From an uncultured delta proteobacterium (GTDB lineage: Bacteria; Desulfobacterota; Desulfobacteria; Desulfobacterales; Desulfatirhabdiaceae): a stretch of DNA of 64,000 nucleotides. Of this stretch, positions 1 through 12,100 are shown one piece after another. The DNA is taken from positions 320,001 through 384,000 of the forward strand of contig CAWBKP010000022.1 in NCBI GenBank assembly GCA_963789395.1. The letters run 5' to 3'. Each line of letters begins with the position of its first letter. Positions within the stretch are counted from its first letter, which is position 1. Under the pieces are notes generated by a model, which was not told the DNA's origin, made no database searches, and saw only the letters and a list, made by a program, of their open reading frames with translations. A program made the position numbers and the translations under genes.

Positions 1-949
1 AGAAGCGCGCGGAACTGATCAAAAAGCTGCGCACCTCGTTGCGTCCGTAATTGTAGATGATGCTTTTCCAGTCCGGGTGCACGCCCTGCCGGGGGTCTTC
101 ATGCTCGTAAAGGTGGGTTCCGTCGAAAAACACCAGGCCATGTTCGTCGCTGGGAAAATGAGACGGCACCCAGTCCAGGATGACGCCGATGCCGTTCTGG
201 TGCAGGTGGTCGATCAGGGACATGAAATCCTGCGGGGTGCCGTAGCGGCTGGTGGGCGCAAAGAGCCCCAGTGTCTGGTATCCCCAGGAGCCGTAGAAAG
301 GGTGCTCCATCACCGGCAAGAAACTCCACATGGGTGAACCCCATGGCCAGCACATACTCGGTGAGCGGCTCCTGCCATCTCCACATAGGTGAGAGAGCGG
401 TTGCCGTCTTCGGGCACCCGACGCCAGGAGCCCAGATGAACTTCATAGATCGATACGGGTGAACGGTCGGCCGGTCTTTCCCGGCGGGCGGCCATCCACG
501 CGTCGTCCCCCCACGCGTAGTCCAGATCCCAGACGATGGAGGCGGTTTTCGGCGCCAGCTCATAATACTGTCCGAAGGGGTCGGTTTTTTCGACCTGATA
601 GCCGTTGTGGTTTGATTCGATAAAGTACTTGTAAAGCGTTCCCCGCCCGATGCCCGGGATAAAGCCTTCCCATATGCCGGAGGATGCCAGCGGCTGCAAA
701 CGATGGCTTGAGCGGTCCCAGCCATTGAAATCCCCGATAACGGACACCTGGCGGGCATTGGGCGCCCATACCGCAAAATGGACTCCCGGGGTGTGCGCCG
801 TCGGATACGATACGGGCCCCGAGTTTCTCGTAGAGCTGGAAGTGACTGCCCTGGTTGAAGAGATAAAAGTCATCCGCGGAAAACATGGAAAGACCGTAGC
901 GGACGGGCAAAGCGCCGGCATTGGCAGCCGGGTGTTGATCGGTAGACAT
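1..949 (-). CDS. glgB: 1,4-alpha-glucan branching enzyme GlgB, 5' part (runs off window start; apparent frameshifts)
   Basis: Motifs split across frames: [57 protein letters not shown] at 949 preceded by AGGAGA RBS. Confidence 0.9.
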
Positions 950-975
950 GTTGATCTCCTGTCGTATCGAGTGTG

Positions 976-3900
976 TCAGCTGCCGGGGTCGCCAAGCAGT
1001 TGCGTGAATCCCGCGCAGGGGAATACCGACCCAGTCCGGGCGGTTGTTCAGTTCGTAGGACAGCTCGTAGACCGCCTTTTCCAGAAGCAGCGCACTCAGC
1101 AGAACGCTCAGCTCGTTGCGGCTGCCGGGAATGAACCGGTCTGCTCCCGTTTCCTGCAGATAGCTTTTAAGAAATTCCGCACCCACCCAGCGCTGCCAGA
1201 ACTCGGCCCAGTGCGTCATCGCCTGAGCGGCCTCGGGCCGGGTTCCATTTTGCTGGCGGCGGAACAGGGCGAAATGGGCGGCATATTGGAACGAACGCAG
1301 CATCCCGGCAACGTCGCACAGGGCCGAACGCTTGATCCGCCGTTCCGTGATGGGCCGGGCCGGTTCGCCCTCGAAATCGATGATGACAAAATCGCTTCCT
1401 GTGAAAAGTACCTGTCCGAGATGGTAATCGCCGTGACAGCGGATGCGCATGGCGCTGATTTTGGTTTCGAGCAGTGCTTTGAAACGGCTCAACAGAGTCC
1501 TTTTCGCTTTTGATGATATGAAGCGCCAGCGGGCGCAGGCTCTCGGGGAGCCGGTTGAACTGCCGCCCCATCAGCGGCAGGGTTTTGCCGATCTGGGTGC
1601 GCATGGACTGGTATAATGCCCGCTGGTAAAGCTTGGAAAAGGCTTCAGGTTTGAATTCCGGCAAGCGTCTGTTCAGATGCCAGGCACCGGTGCATTTCGG
1701 CGGTGCGCCGGCCCAGCAGGCGGGCGGAGTTCAAATACTCACCGATAAGCCCGGCGGCCTCAGCAGAGAGGGGCTCATCCAGCAGGTCGACGGGAAAAGC
1801 CGCCGGCAGGTCACCGAGGGGATTGCCTCGCGGCAGCCGCAAAATATTGGTCCAATGAGTCTTGGGTGTAACGCCAGGCGTCGCCCGGTTGGCAACAAAC
1901 CCTTGCAGGATGCCGATGGTCATCGGCTCATCCTGGTTCAGGCGAAGCTCGATCGCGCCGGCGGTCGGTGCGCAGTACGGAAAGCGTTTTTCAGTAAGCA
2001 GCCGTCCGATTTCAAAATCCGGGTTGACCCCCGGGGCGAGTTTGCGGATGAGCTTCAGGATCAGCTTTTCGCCGAAGCGGATAGAGGTATTGCTCTGCTC
2101 AGCCAGCATGTTCATCGGCGGCGGCAGGATCTGGCCGTTTGTAACCAGTGTCCGGAAGACGCGCGTGGTAATACCCCGCATCTGCCCGCTGCGGCCGTGA
2201 ATGGTTCTTTTTCGGGTCAGAACCTCCAGCAGCGCTTCGCCGAAAGCGGCATCCGCCAGTGCATCGTATAGCAGAAGCTTCGCGGAACCTTCCTTGATCT
2301 TGAGCCTGGCGATGAGGGCCTGGGGGTTCTCCTGCAGCAGCAGATCGGATTGATCTCAGGTGGGCCAGCGCCATGGGAACGGTATACAGTTCCGTTTCGC
2401 CGGAGAGATAGTCTACCCGCACGATTGCGATTGCCCAGCGCCTCGATTCCCTGGTCAAGGAGAACATGTCGACGATGCCGGCATGTTTGAGCGGTCGGGC
2501 TTTGCCGCCGAACCATCGGCTGCGGGTCAGAAAGCCGGGCAGGGCAGTCTCCAGCCGGGCTATAGCCTTGCAGTTGAAAATTTCTTCTTCATTGCAATCA
2601 ATCTCCACAACGGGGATGGCGGCCTCTCCGGTTTGGCTATAAGTCCCATCGGAAACCGTTTGCGGCGGTGTCAGGTAAAACCAGTAAAAGCTGTGGGGGC
2701 CGAGCGACAGAAAGTAGGGCTCAGCCGATATGGGCGGAAAAGGGGTCCTGCCGAAAAGCTCCACCGGAACCATCCCCTGATATGCCGACAGGTCAAGCTG
2801 CCCGTGCTGGACGAACCGAGACAGGTTGCAGACGATCAGCAGTCGTTCGTTCTCGTAACAACGGGTAAACGCCAGGATGCGATGGTTGTCGGGCGTGAGA
2901 AATTCGATATCGCCGCGGCTGAAGGCTTTGAATCGTTTCCGCAGAGCGATCAGGCGCTTCATCCACCACAGCGAGGAGTGCGGATTGGCCTGCTGCACTT
3001 CCACGTTGATGACCTCGTAGTGGTATTCCGGAGAGATGATCACCGGCAGAAAAAGTTTCTGGGGATTGGCGCGCGAAAACCCGGCATTGCGGTCGGCACT
3101 CCATTGCATCGGCGTGCGCACGCCGTCGCGGTCGCCGAGATAAACGTTGTCGCCCATGCCGATTTCATCGCCGTAGTAGACAATCGGGGAGCCCGGCAGG
3201 GAGAACAGCAGCGCGTTGGCAAGCTCCGTAAGGCGCCGGTGGTTACCGAGCAGGGGAAGCAGCCGCCGGCGGATCCCGAGATTGATCCGCATGCGGGGGT
3301 CCTGGGCATAGACCCGGTACATGTAGTCCCGTTCTTCATCCGTGACCATTTCCAGGGTCAGTTCGTCGTGGTTGCGAAGGAAAATCGCCCACTGACAGCT
3401 TTCCGGAATGGCGGGGGTCTGATCCAGGATATCCAGGATCGGGAACCGGTCCTCCATGTGCATCGCCATGAAAAGCCGCGGCATGAGCGGAAAATGGAAG
3501 GCCATGTGGCATTCATCGCCGTTCCCGAAATAGGCCACGGCATCTTCGGGCCATTGGTTGGCTTCGCCCAGAAGCATGCGATTCTTGAATTTGGCATCCA
3601 CATGGGCCCGCATTTCCTGCAGAAACCGGTGGGTTTCGGGAAGGTTTTCGCAGTTGGTGCCCTCGCGCTCGAAAAGATAGGGGATGGCGTCCAGCCGAAG
3701 CCCGTCCACGCCCATGCCATACCAGAAATCCAGTGTGGCCAGGATCGCCTTGCGAACCTGGGGATTGTCGTAGTTGAGGTCGGGCTGATGGGAATAGAAG
3801 CGGTGCCAGTAATAGGCGCCGGCCACCGGGTCCCAGGTCCAGTTGGATGTTTCGAAATCCTGGAAAATGATCCGGGCATCCGTGTAACGCTGCGGGGTGT

Positions 3901-4327
3901 CGCTCCAGACATACCAGTCCCGCCAGGGGCTGCCGGGCTTGGCACGGCGGGCGCGCTGAAACCAGGCATGCTGATCGGAGGTGTGATTGACCACCAGTTC
4001 CGTTATCACCCGCAGGCCGCGGCGGTGGGCCTCCGCCAGAAATTTTCTGAAATCCCGCAGGGTGCCGTAGGCGGGATGGATGTTGCGGTAGTCGGCGATG
4101 TCGTAGCCGTCGTCGCGCAGGGGACTCGGACAAAAGGGCATCAGCCAGATCGCGGAGACCCCGAGATCTTGCAGGTAATCAAGTTTTTTGGTAAGGCCCT
4201 GAAAGTCACCGATGCCGTCATCGGCGCTGTCGAAAAAACTTTTGACATGCAGCTGGTAGATGACGGCGTCTTTAAACCAGAGGGGATCGTCGTTCATTCC
4301 GGCCATATCCCGGGAGTTATTGTCCAT
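976..4327 (-). CDS. treS: Trehalose synthase / maltokinase fusion (TreS-Mak); apparent frameshifts in the 3' half
   Basis: ORF 2099-4333 has WFKDAVIYQLHV, GLRLDAIPYL, FLRNHDELTLE. Downstream pieces (1645-2181, 1167-1664, 560-1492) carry maltokinase motifs AEQSNTS, RCHGDYHLGQVL, IIDFEGEP, YELNNRPDW. Stop reconstructed at 976-978. Confidence 0.9.
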
Positions 4328-4337
4328 AGCCATTCCT

Positions 4338-6343
4338 TTATAGAAAATAGTCGAAATCGTTTTCCGTGCGGATTTTTTTCCGGATACTGAAGACGTGAGC
4401 CGGCATCACCTGGGGGTTCAGCTCGATGAAGTTTTGCCGGGAATGCCAGAGGTAACGAGCGTCGCTCAGCAGATCGTGAACCTGGAAGGGCTTATCGGTG
4501 TCAAGCCCCAGTTCGGAGAGCGGCAGCTCCACCCAGCCGGAGTGGGTGTGATGCGGGTCCAGGTTCACCACCGTCAGAACGATATTGGTGAAATCCGCAG
4601 TGTGTTTACTGTAACAAAGCAACTCCGGGTTGTCAACCGGGTGAAAGCGCAGGCTGCGGTCGCCGTGAAGCGCGGGGTTGTCCCGTCGGATGCGGTTGAC
4701 GCGCGCGATCAGGTCTTTGAGGCTGCCGGGGGAATCGATGTCCCATGTCCGGATCTCGTATTTTTCAGAGTTGAGGTACTCCTCGCTGCCGAACTCGCGC
4801 GCCTGGTTTTCGCACAGCTCGAAAGCCGGTCCATAAATGCCGTAGTTTGCGCCCAGAGTCGCCGCCAGAATCAGCCGGGCGATGAAGCCCGGAGGGCCGC
4901 CTGTCTGGAGGTGTTCCGTCAGAATGTCCGGTGTGTTCGGCCACAGGTTGGGCCTGAAAAAATCGGCCACTTCCGTTTGCGTGAGTTCCGTGAAGTATTT
5001 CCGGATCTCCCAGGCGGTATTGCGCCAGGCAAAATACGTGTAGGACTGGCTGAATCCCAGCTTGGCAAGACGGTACATCACCTTGGGGCGGGTGAACGCT
5101 TCCGCCAGAAAAATCACCTCCGGGTGGGACCGTTTGACCTCTGCGATGAGCCACTCCCAGAAGGCGAACGGTTTGGTGTGGGGGTTGTCCACACGGAAGA
5201 TACGGATGCCTTCATCGATCCAGAACAGGACGACACACTTGAGCTCTTCCATCAGGGCGCGGCGTTCCGCGCATTCGAAATGAAGCGGATAGATGTCCTC
5301 GTATTTTTTCGGCGGGTTTTCGGCATACTGGATGGACCCGTCCGGCCGCTGCTGGAACCATTCCGGATGCTCCCGCACATACGGGTGGTCCGGGCTGCAC
5401 TGAAACGCCAGGTCCATGGCGATGTCCAGCCCGAGCGCATCTGGCCCGGCGGACGAAGTTGCGGAAATCATCCAGGGTGCCCAGTTCGGGATGGACGGCT
5501 GTATGCCCGCCTTCGGCGGGCACCGATGGCCCAGGGACTGCCGGGATCTTTCGGTTCGCAGACCGGTGCGTTGTTGCGGCCCTTGCGGTGGGTGATCCCG
5601 ATGGGGTGGATGGGCGGCAGGTAGAGCACGTCAAAGCCCATTTCGGCCACATACGGCAGTCTGGCCTCGCAGTCTGAAAATGTGGCGTGCGCTCCCGGCG
5701 ACGGGCTGCAGGAGCGCGGAAACATCTCGTACCAGGCGCTGAACCGGGCCTTTACCGGCTCGACAACGACCATCAAGAACTCTCGGGTAAAACGTCATTT
5801 GAGAGCGGTCCGGCAGGCACTGCGCCATGCGGGCCGAGCAGGCGCGGGGTCAAGCGCCAGCCGGGCTCTGATTTCCGGGTTTTGATCGGAACGCAACGCG
5901 TTGCGCGCAGTCGGCAAGCTACGGCCCGCTGGGGTTCAGGTGCCCGCGCGATGGCTTCTTCGACAATCGCTGCGCCGGTGAGCAAATCCATGGTAACATC
6001 CTGCCCGGCTTCGATGCGCTTGGCCAAGATCCCGGCGCCAGCTTTTGAAAGCGATCCAGCCAGGCGCACAGTGTATAGACGATAGCGGCCGAGTTCGGTG
6101 ACCTTGAACGATGCCTTCCATTTGTCGTTGGCAAAACCCCTCCAGGCGGCCGTCCGCCACCGGGTATCGCTTTCATGACGGAACAGCAGAAGGCCCGAAA
6201 TCGCATCGTGGCCGTCCGTGAGGATGTCGGCGCGCACCTTGACCTTCTCACCCAGGGTCCGCTTGATGGGAAATCTGTCCACTGTCGATCTCCGGCCGAA
6301 CCCGGTCGATGATCACCCTTTGAATCAATGTGTTTTCCCGCAT
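4338..6343 (-). CDS. glgE: Maltosyltransferase GlgE (alpha-1,4-glucan:maltose-1-phosphate); multiple apparent frameshifts
   Basis: Fragments [90 protein letters not shown] before ATG at 6343. Confidence 0.9.
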
Positions 6344-6356
6344 GCTTCCTCCAAAC

Positions 6357-6415
6357 TCAGTCAAAATTCGAAATTCGAAGCACGAAATTCGAAACAATGG
6401 CCAAAATCATAATGA
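6357..6415. repeat. Partial copy of hairpin + AAATTCG-heptamer intergenic repeat (family A)
   Basis: TCAGTCAAAATTCGAAATTCGAAGCACGAAATTCGAAACAAT resembles copies at 25514, 42811 and 48563. Confidence 0.7.
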
Positions 6416-6452
6416 ATAAAAGTGATTGTTTTCATGGTAACCATTCAACCCA

Positions 6453-8726
6453 TCAGGTTTGTTCGACAAACTGGTGGCCGGGCGCGGCGCATCCGTCCTT
6501 GCCGGCGCCAAAATAAAGCGTGCGATGCGGAAAAGGGATTTCGATTCCGAGTTCATCGAAACGCTTCTTCATCCGGCGGTTGAACTCCCGCCCCACTGTC
6601 CACTGCCTGATCGGCCGTGTTTTGATGCGTGCCTTGATGATAACAGCGGAGTCCGCGAACTGATCCACCCCCAGCACCTCGAGAGGTTCCAGGATGTCCT
6701 GGCAAAATTCGGGCTCGGAACGCATGCCGTCAACAATTTTCCGGCACACTTCAGCGACCCTGTCCGTGTCTTCCCGATACGCAACGCCGATGTCGATCAG
6801 GTAATACGAGTACAGCTTGGTCATGTTGGTGACCGTATCCACCGAACTGAAGGGAATGGTGTGGACGTTGCCGGACAGGTCCCGCAGGCGGATGGACCGG
6901 ATGGAGAGGTCCTCCACCAGGCCGCCGATGCCGGCCACCTTGACGACATCACCGATGGCAACCGCATCTTCCAAAAGAATAAAGACGCCGGTGATGATGT
7001 CCTGAACCAGCTTCTGGGCCCCGAAACCGACAGCAAGGCCGATAATGCCGGCGCCGGTCAGCAGGGGGCCGATGTTGACGCCGAACTCGGAAAGCACGAT
7101 CATGACGACCATGACGGTCAGAACGATCATCAGCACTTTGCGCATCAACGGCAGCAGGGTGCGAACCCGGGCTCTGTGTCCCGGCGTGAGACCGGGTTTT
7201 TCCGATTTTGTCAGATAATGTTCGGTGGCGATGTCAACAGTCTCCCAGATCACCCCGGATATCGTAAAGAGCAGGAACATGTTGAATAAAAACACCCCGA
7301 ATTGCCTGACGAAAGGTTCCGCCAGCCAGTGGTGGGCATCCACATTCCATGCTTCCAGAACGGCCGTGGCGGTGATGAAAATGATGCCGGTGCGGACGGT
7401 GAAAAACAGGATCGGTGCATAGCGGTTCAGGCGATTTGCCAGAATCGGAATTTTTTGGCGCAGTGCTTCATTTGCAACGATATTCTGGGATATTCTGTTA
7501 CGGATGCCCTGGATGGTTATTCTGGCCGTAAAAAGCAAAAAAACGGACAAAAATGTTCCGCGGATCAGATACAGAAATCCGCCGTCGATGTCCCGCCACC
7601 AGACCACAAAAACACTGATCAGATAGATGACGGCCAGAATGTGCCAGACAGCGGCCAGACGGCAGCGAACGCGGCGAATGAAGGATCGCCGAACCGGCAG
7701 GTCCGCTTCGGATCCCCGGATCCACACTGCCATTGCCGCTCGGTTCCGGAGAATGCCGACAATCATCATCACCACAAGAATCAGTCCCAGAAGGCCCATT
7801 AAATCGGAAAATCCTCCGGGGGGCAATCCAAACAGAAGTGCCGTTCCGGCAAGAAGGTAACCGGTAAGGGCGATAAAGAGCAGGCGGCGCATCCATGAAA
7901 ACAGTAAAACGGCAGACTCAGATCGAAGCGGAACGAGCCTCAGGGAGGGAACCGACGGCGCCAGTATCAACCGGGTAAGAATTACCAGCGTCCGGCCGGT
8001 GATATAGACTGAAAAAATTTGAACTGCGATTGTGTCGATGGGAGATCCTGGCCGATGAAAAAATAAAGCGGTGAACGCAACCATCGTAAATGCAGCCAGT
8101 GCACAAAACCGCACTGTGGCTCTGGCGAAAGCCAACCCTAAAGCGGTTGAGTTATTTCTGCCGGCCCGGATTTCAATGCGTTTCCGGAACCTTGCCAGTA
8201 GCCGCTCCACAAGGAATTCCGAAATCCATGCCATAAACAGGATCACTACGATGGGCATGGCATGGCTGCGCAATCGGCCAAGGCTGTCAGGATCGAGTAT
8301 GTTGTGTTGAACCCAGTCCGCCAGTGCCTCTGGGTTCGGAATATATCGGCCGATCGACGATATCGCCCCGGAGGCCTCTTCCCATGTTCTTGAAACGGAT
8401 TCCGTCAGTCGAACGCTGAAAGGTTTTTCCGGAACGGGAGAAGTCAACTGGTTTTGTAAGGTGATCAAAGCGCGGATCTGGCCGAGCAGTTGTTTGCGCT
8501 CTTTGCTGTTTTCGATCTTCGTGGCCAGGGTTTTTAAATCCTCCGTAGTGGCCGGATCAACCGGGCTGGCCGGAAGATGGATCGATGCCGGTTCCTGAGC
8601 AAATGCCGATTCGACGGGAATCACAAGCAAAAAACAGAGAAATCCCGCAAGCATGCAACTGCCGGTCAATCTTAGAGCAGTCATGACGGTCCGGATTTTT
8701 ACTTTATTCTCCCAAAAGGTTCGCAT
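6453..8726 (-). CDS. Large mechanosensitive channel, MscS family (YbiO-like)
   Basis: Many TM helices; C-terminal GAGIIGLAVGFGAQKLVQD, GDVV, DIGVAYRED, FDELGIEIPFP motifs. Confidence 0.9.
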   Translation of the reverse strand: MRTFWENKVKIRTVMTALRLTGSCMLAGFLCFLLVIPVESAFAQEPASIHLPASPVDPATTEDLKTLATKIENSKERKQLLGQIRALITLQNQLTSPVPEKPFSVRLTESVSRTWEEASGAISSIGRYIPNPEALADWVQHNILDPDSLGRLRSHAMPIVVILFMAWISEFLVERLLARFRKRIEIRAGRNNSTALGLAFARATVRFCALAAFTMVAFTALFFHRPGSPIDTIAVQIFSVYITGRTLVILTRLILAPSVPSLRLVPLRSESAVLLFSWMRRLLFIALTGYLLAGTALLFGLPPGGFSDLMGLLGLILVVMMIVGILRNRAAMAVWIRGSEADLPVRRSFIRRVRCRLAAVWHILAVIYLISVFVVWWRDIDGGFLYLIRGTFLSVFLLFTARITIQGIRNRISQNIVANEALRQKIPILANRLNRYAPILFFTVRTGIIFITATAVLEAWNVDAHHWLAEPFVRQFGVFLFNMFLLFTISGVIWETVDIATEHYLTKSEKPGLTPGHRARVRTLLPLMRKVLMIVLTVMVVMIVLSEFGVNIGPLLTGAGIIGLAVGFGAQKLVQDIITGVFILLEDAVAIGDVVKVAGIGGLVEDLSIRSIRLRDLSGNVHTIPFSSVDTVTNMTKLYSYYLIDIGVAYREDTDRVAEVCRKIVDGMRSEPEFCQDILEPLEVLGVDQFADSAVIIKARIKTRPIRQWTVGREFNRRMKKRFDELGIEIPFPHRTLYFGAGKDGCAAPGHQFVEQT

Positions 8727-9178
8727 GTCTGAATCCTTAGCATATGGAACGCAGATAACTTGCCGTTTCGATATTTATTTATTGAGTTTATCAAGAAGAC
8801 TGTCAAGAAAAAGCCCCTAATAGGGTTGTGCTGATCCGATCCTTCCCGGTTGGTAATTCAGCATGAAACCGCCTATGGGGTGTGGCGTCCTGAATATTAT
8901 GCAATCGGGTGTTGACAGAGCCTTGCAATGAGACCGACATGCCTCCTGATTTCAAAGCAAGGGGCATATGAAACAAATCCCGGATTTGAAGAGAAATACC
9001 GGGTTCCGGAGTTGAAACAATCCCGAATCCAACGCGCCGGGATGATCCGGGGAAAGCGGGCAAAAAAAACGCGGGCCCGGGCACTCCGGCAGGCCACAGG
9101 AGTAAAAGCACTTTTGTATGGTCCAAGATGATTTAAGCCTTTATTCTGGACGATCAAACCGTCTTTGTCAAGTCAAAC

Positions 9179-9247
9179 AACATAAGGGGACGTACATAAA
9201 TAAATAAGTTATAAGCAAAACAAACTGTTTTATAAGAGAGAACCATG
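9179..9247 (+). mobile_element. Orphan or relic left end of the TIR-flanked Y1 transposase element
   Basis: GGGGACGTACATAAATAAATAAGTT...CTGT..TATAAGAGA...CATG aligns with the left end and leader at 20504-20564, and is inverted relative to 21562-21594. Confidence 0.75.
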
Positions 9248-9622
9248 AATATTTAAAACGTAAATATTAATATCTTATGCGTCGATATCGATATTATAAG
9301 GCTAATTGCTCATAAAATTGCCTGCGGCGGGGCATTCTGATGCGGCGCTTAAAAATATCGGTTCAATCTGCATGTCAGCGTAAATATTGTATGCGATTGC
9401 CCTGAATGCTTTATAATAAGGATATTGACACACCAACTCCTTCTTGATACGTTCCCACACGTTAATCCAGGTATCTGTCTTCAGTTTAGAAAGACCGCAA
9501 CGCACTTCAATGGCATAGGATAATTCAGCACGCAGGCAGTGTTTCCGCTGATGGAAATGCCTTCAAACCAAGGATGCCTGCATTCTTTTGCATAACCGTG
9601 CAACCATGGAGGAAACGTTTCG

Positions 9623-11056
9623 ATGGAATCATTTGGCACGTATGATCCGGGGGATTATTACGATGAATTGATCGATGCAAACGGCAAACCCCGGCCCGGG
9701 GCCCGACTGCTTGTAGAAAAAATCGAGTCGCTGCCGGACGGGGGTCTGATCATGCGCCAGAAAGCGGCCGATGCCCTGCTCCTTAAAATGGGCATTACCT
9801 TCAATGTCTACGGCGGCGATGCCGGAACCGAAAAGATATTCCCATTCGACATTATTCCCCGCATTGTCTCCGGCAGCGACTGGCGGCAGATTGAAAGCGG
9901 CCTGAAGCAGCGGATCTTTGCTCTGAATGAATTCATACAGGACATCTACAACGAAAAGAAGATTTTAAAAGACAGGGTGGTCCCCGAAGACCTGATTTTC
10001 ACCAGCCGCACCTATCGCAGGGAGTGCGAGGGATTCACGCCGCCCCGGGGCATCTGGTGCCACGTGACAGGCACCGATCTGGTGCGGGACCGAGACGGAC
10101 GCTTTTACGTATTGGAAGACAACCTGCGCTGCCCGTCCGGCGTCTCCTATGTGCTGGAGAACCGCCAGGTGCTAAAACGCACGTTCCACCAGGTGTTCGA
10201 GGCTTCCCGTGTGCGGCCCGTGGATGATTATCCCACCAAACTGCTTGACGTGCTGGAGCATCTTGCTCCGGACCATGTCCAGTCGCCGACCATCGGTGTA
10301 CTGACTCCGGGCATATACAACAGCGCCTATTTCGAGCACTCCTTTCTCTCCCAGCAGATGGGGGTGGAACTGGTGGAAGGCCAGGACCTGGTGGTGTCAG
10401 ACGGGTTCGTTCATATGCTCACCACCAAAGGTCTCAAACGCGTGGACGTCCTCTACCGGCGCATCGATGATGATTTCATCGACCCGGAAGTGTTTCGCCC
10501 GGATTCCCTGCTGGGAGTCAAGGGGCTCATCGGCGTATACAAGGCCGGCCGAATCGCCATGGCCAACGCACCTGGCACCGGCATCGCCGATGACAAGGTG
10601 ATCTACGCCTATGTGCCCAAAATCATCAAATATTATACCGGCGAGGATGCCATCCTGCCCAACGTGCCCACCTATATCTGCCGGGACGACGCAGACCGGG
10701 CATATGTGCTGTCGCACCTGGATCAGCTGGTTGTCAAGGCTGCCAACGAATCCGGCGGATACGGCATGCTGGTGGGTCCCCATGCCACCGAAGCGCAACG
10801 GGCGGAATTCGCCGACAAGATCACGGCCGAACCCCGCAACTACATGGCCCAGCCCACCATTTCGCTTTCCCGGGTGCCCACCATCGTGGGGGATCGCATC
10901 GAGGGGCGTCATGTGGATCTCAGGCCCTATGTGCTCTTTGGCAAGGAAATTTATGTTCAGCCCGGCGGACTGACCCGAGTGGCGCTGACCAGAGGATCCC
11001 TGGTCGTCAACTCTTCCCAGGGCGGCGGAAGCAAGGATACCTGGGTACTGGAATAA
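9623..11056 (+). CDS. Circularly permuted ATP-grasp (type 2) protein
   Basis: [67 protein letters not shown]. Confidence 0.92.
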   Translation: MESFGTYDPGDYYDELIDANGKPRPGARLLVEKIESLPDGGLIMRQKAADALLLKMGITFNVYGGDAGTEKIFPFDIIPRIVSGSDWRQIESGLKQRIFALNEFIQDIYNEKKILKDRVVPEDLIFTSRTYRRECEGFTPPRGIWCHVTGTDLVRDRDGRFYVLEDNLRCPSGVSYVLENRQVLKRTFHQVFEASRVRPVDDYPTKLLDVLEHLAPDHVQSPTIGVLTPGIYNSAYFEHSFLSQQMGVELVEGQDLVVSDGFVHMLTTKGLKRVDVLYRRIDDDFIDPEVFRPDSLLGVKGLIGVYKAGRIAMANAPGTGIADDKVIYAYVPKIIKYYTGEDAILPNVPTYICRDDADRAYVLSHLDQLVVKAANESGGYGMLVGPHATEAQRAEFADKITAEPRNYMAQPTISLSRVPTIVGDRIEGRHVDLRPYVLFGKEIYVQPGGLTRVALTRGSLVVNSSQGGGSKDTWVLE

Positions 11057-11069
11057 CGGAGGAATGTCG

Positions 11070-12044
11070 ATGCTCAGTCGCGTGGCCAATTCAATCTACT
11101 GGATGTGCCGATATATCGAACGGGCGGAAAATGTGGCCCGCTTCATCAGCGTCAATCTCAACCTGCTGCTGGACATGCCCTCTGAAAAGGGCAAACACTG
11201 GGAGCCGCTGGTGCTGATCACCGGCGACCAGCAGCTGTTCGAAAAAAAATACCCGAACTACGATCAGGAGGCGGTGATCCGATTTCTGACGTTTGACCGG
11301 GAATACCCCAATTCCATCCTGAGCTGCCTGGTGGCGGCGCGGGAAAACGGCCGATCCATTCGTGAAATCATCTCCTCGGAGATGTGGGAGCACTTGAACA
11401 CTTTCTATCTGGAACTGGCTGACTCCCAGAGCCTGACCATGGCCCTGGAGGATCCCCACCGCTTTTTCAAGATCATCCAGATGCGCAGCCACCTGTTCAC
11501 CGGTCTGATGGATTCCACCATGAGCCATGGCGAGGCCTGGAATTTCGCCCGCATCGGCATGATGCTGGAGAGGGCTGACAAAACCTCCCGGATTCTGGAT
11601 GTCAAGTATTTCATGCTGCTGCCCCAGGCGGATATGGTGAACTCACCCATCGACAACATCCAGTGGACGGCGGTGCTCAAATCCGCCAGCGCCTTCGAGA
11701 TGTTCCGCAAGGCGCATCACCACATCACCCCTCGAAAGGTTGCCGGTTTCTTGATTTTCGACAGCCATTTCCCGCGCTCCATCCACCATTGCGTCTCCAA
11801 AGCACAGGTCTGCCTGTACCGGATCACCGGATCACCGCCCGGATCGGCCACCAATGCCGCCGAAAAACGGCTGGGCCGCCTCAAGGCGGACCTGGAGTAC
11901 ACGGATATCGACGAGGTGATCGATCAGGGGCTGCACGAGTATCTGGACGGCCTGCAAACCCGGCTCAATCAGGTGGACGCTGCTATCGGCGCCACCTTTT
12001 TCAACCTTAAACCCCTGACCGAGGTGTCCACCAACGAGCAGTAG
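11070..12044 (+). CDS. Alpha-E domain protein (DUF403)
   Basis: MLSRVANSIYWMCRYIERAEN and second ERADKTSR motif, FPRSI; GGAGG RBS. Confidence 0.92.
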   Translation: MLSRVANSIYWMCRYIERAENVARFISVNLNLLLDMPSEKGKHWEPLVLITGDQQLFEKKYPNYDQEAVIRFLTFDREYPNSILSCLVAARENGRSIREIISSEMWEHLNTFYLELADSQSLTMALEDPHRFFKIIQMRSHLFTGLMDSTMSHGEAWNFARIGMMLERADKTSRILDVKYFMLLPQADMVNSPIDNIQWTAVLKSASAFEMFRKAHHHITPRKVAGFLIFDSHFPRSIHHCVSKAQVCLYRITGSPPGSATNAAEKRLGRLKADLEYTDIDEVIDQGLHEYLDGLQTRLNQVDAAIGATFFNLKPLTEVSTNEQ

Positions 12045-12100
12045 CGGCTTGCCGCTTTCAAACGTCGCTTTATGTCCATGACTCACCGAAAGGAAGACCC

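Noticed and set aside
2360..4390. 676-aa plus-strand ORF and many other long antisense or alternate-frame ORFs
   Set aside because: Shadows of GC-rich real genes on the opposite strand; no recognisable motifs.
9511..9530. Sigma54 promoter (TGGCAT...) upstream of the ATP-grasp operon
   Set aside because: No GC at the required -12 spacing.
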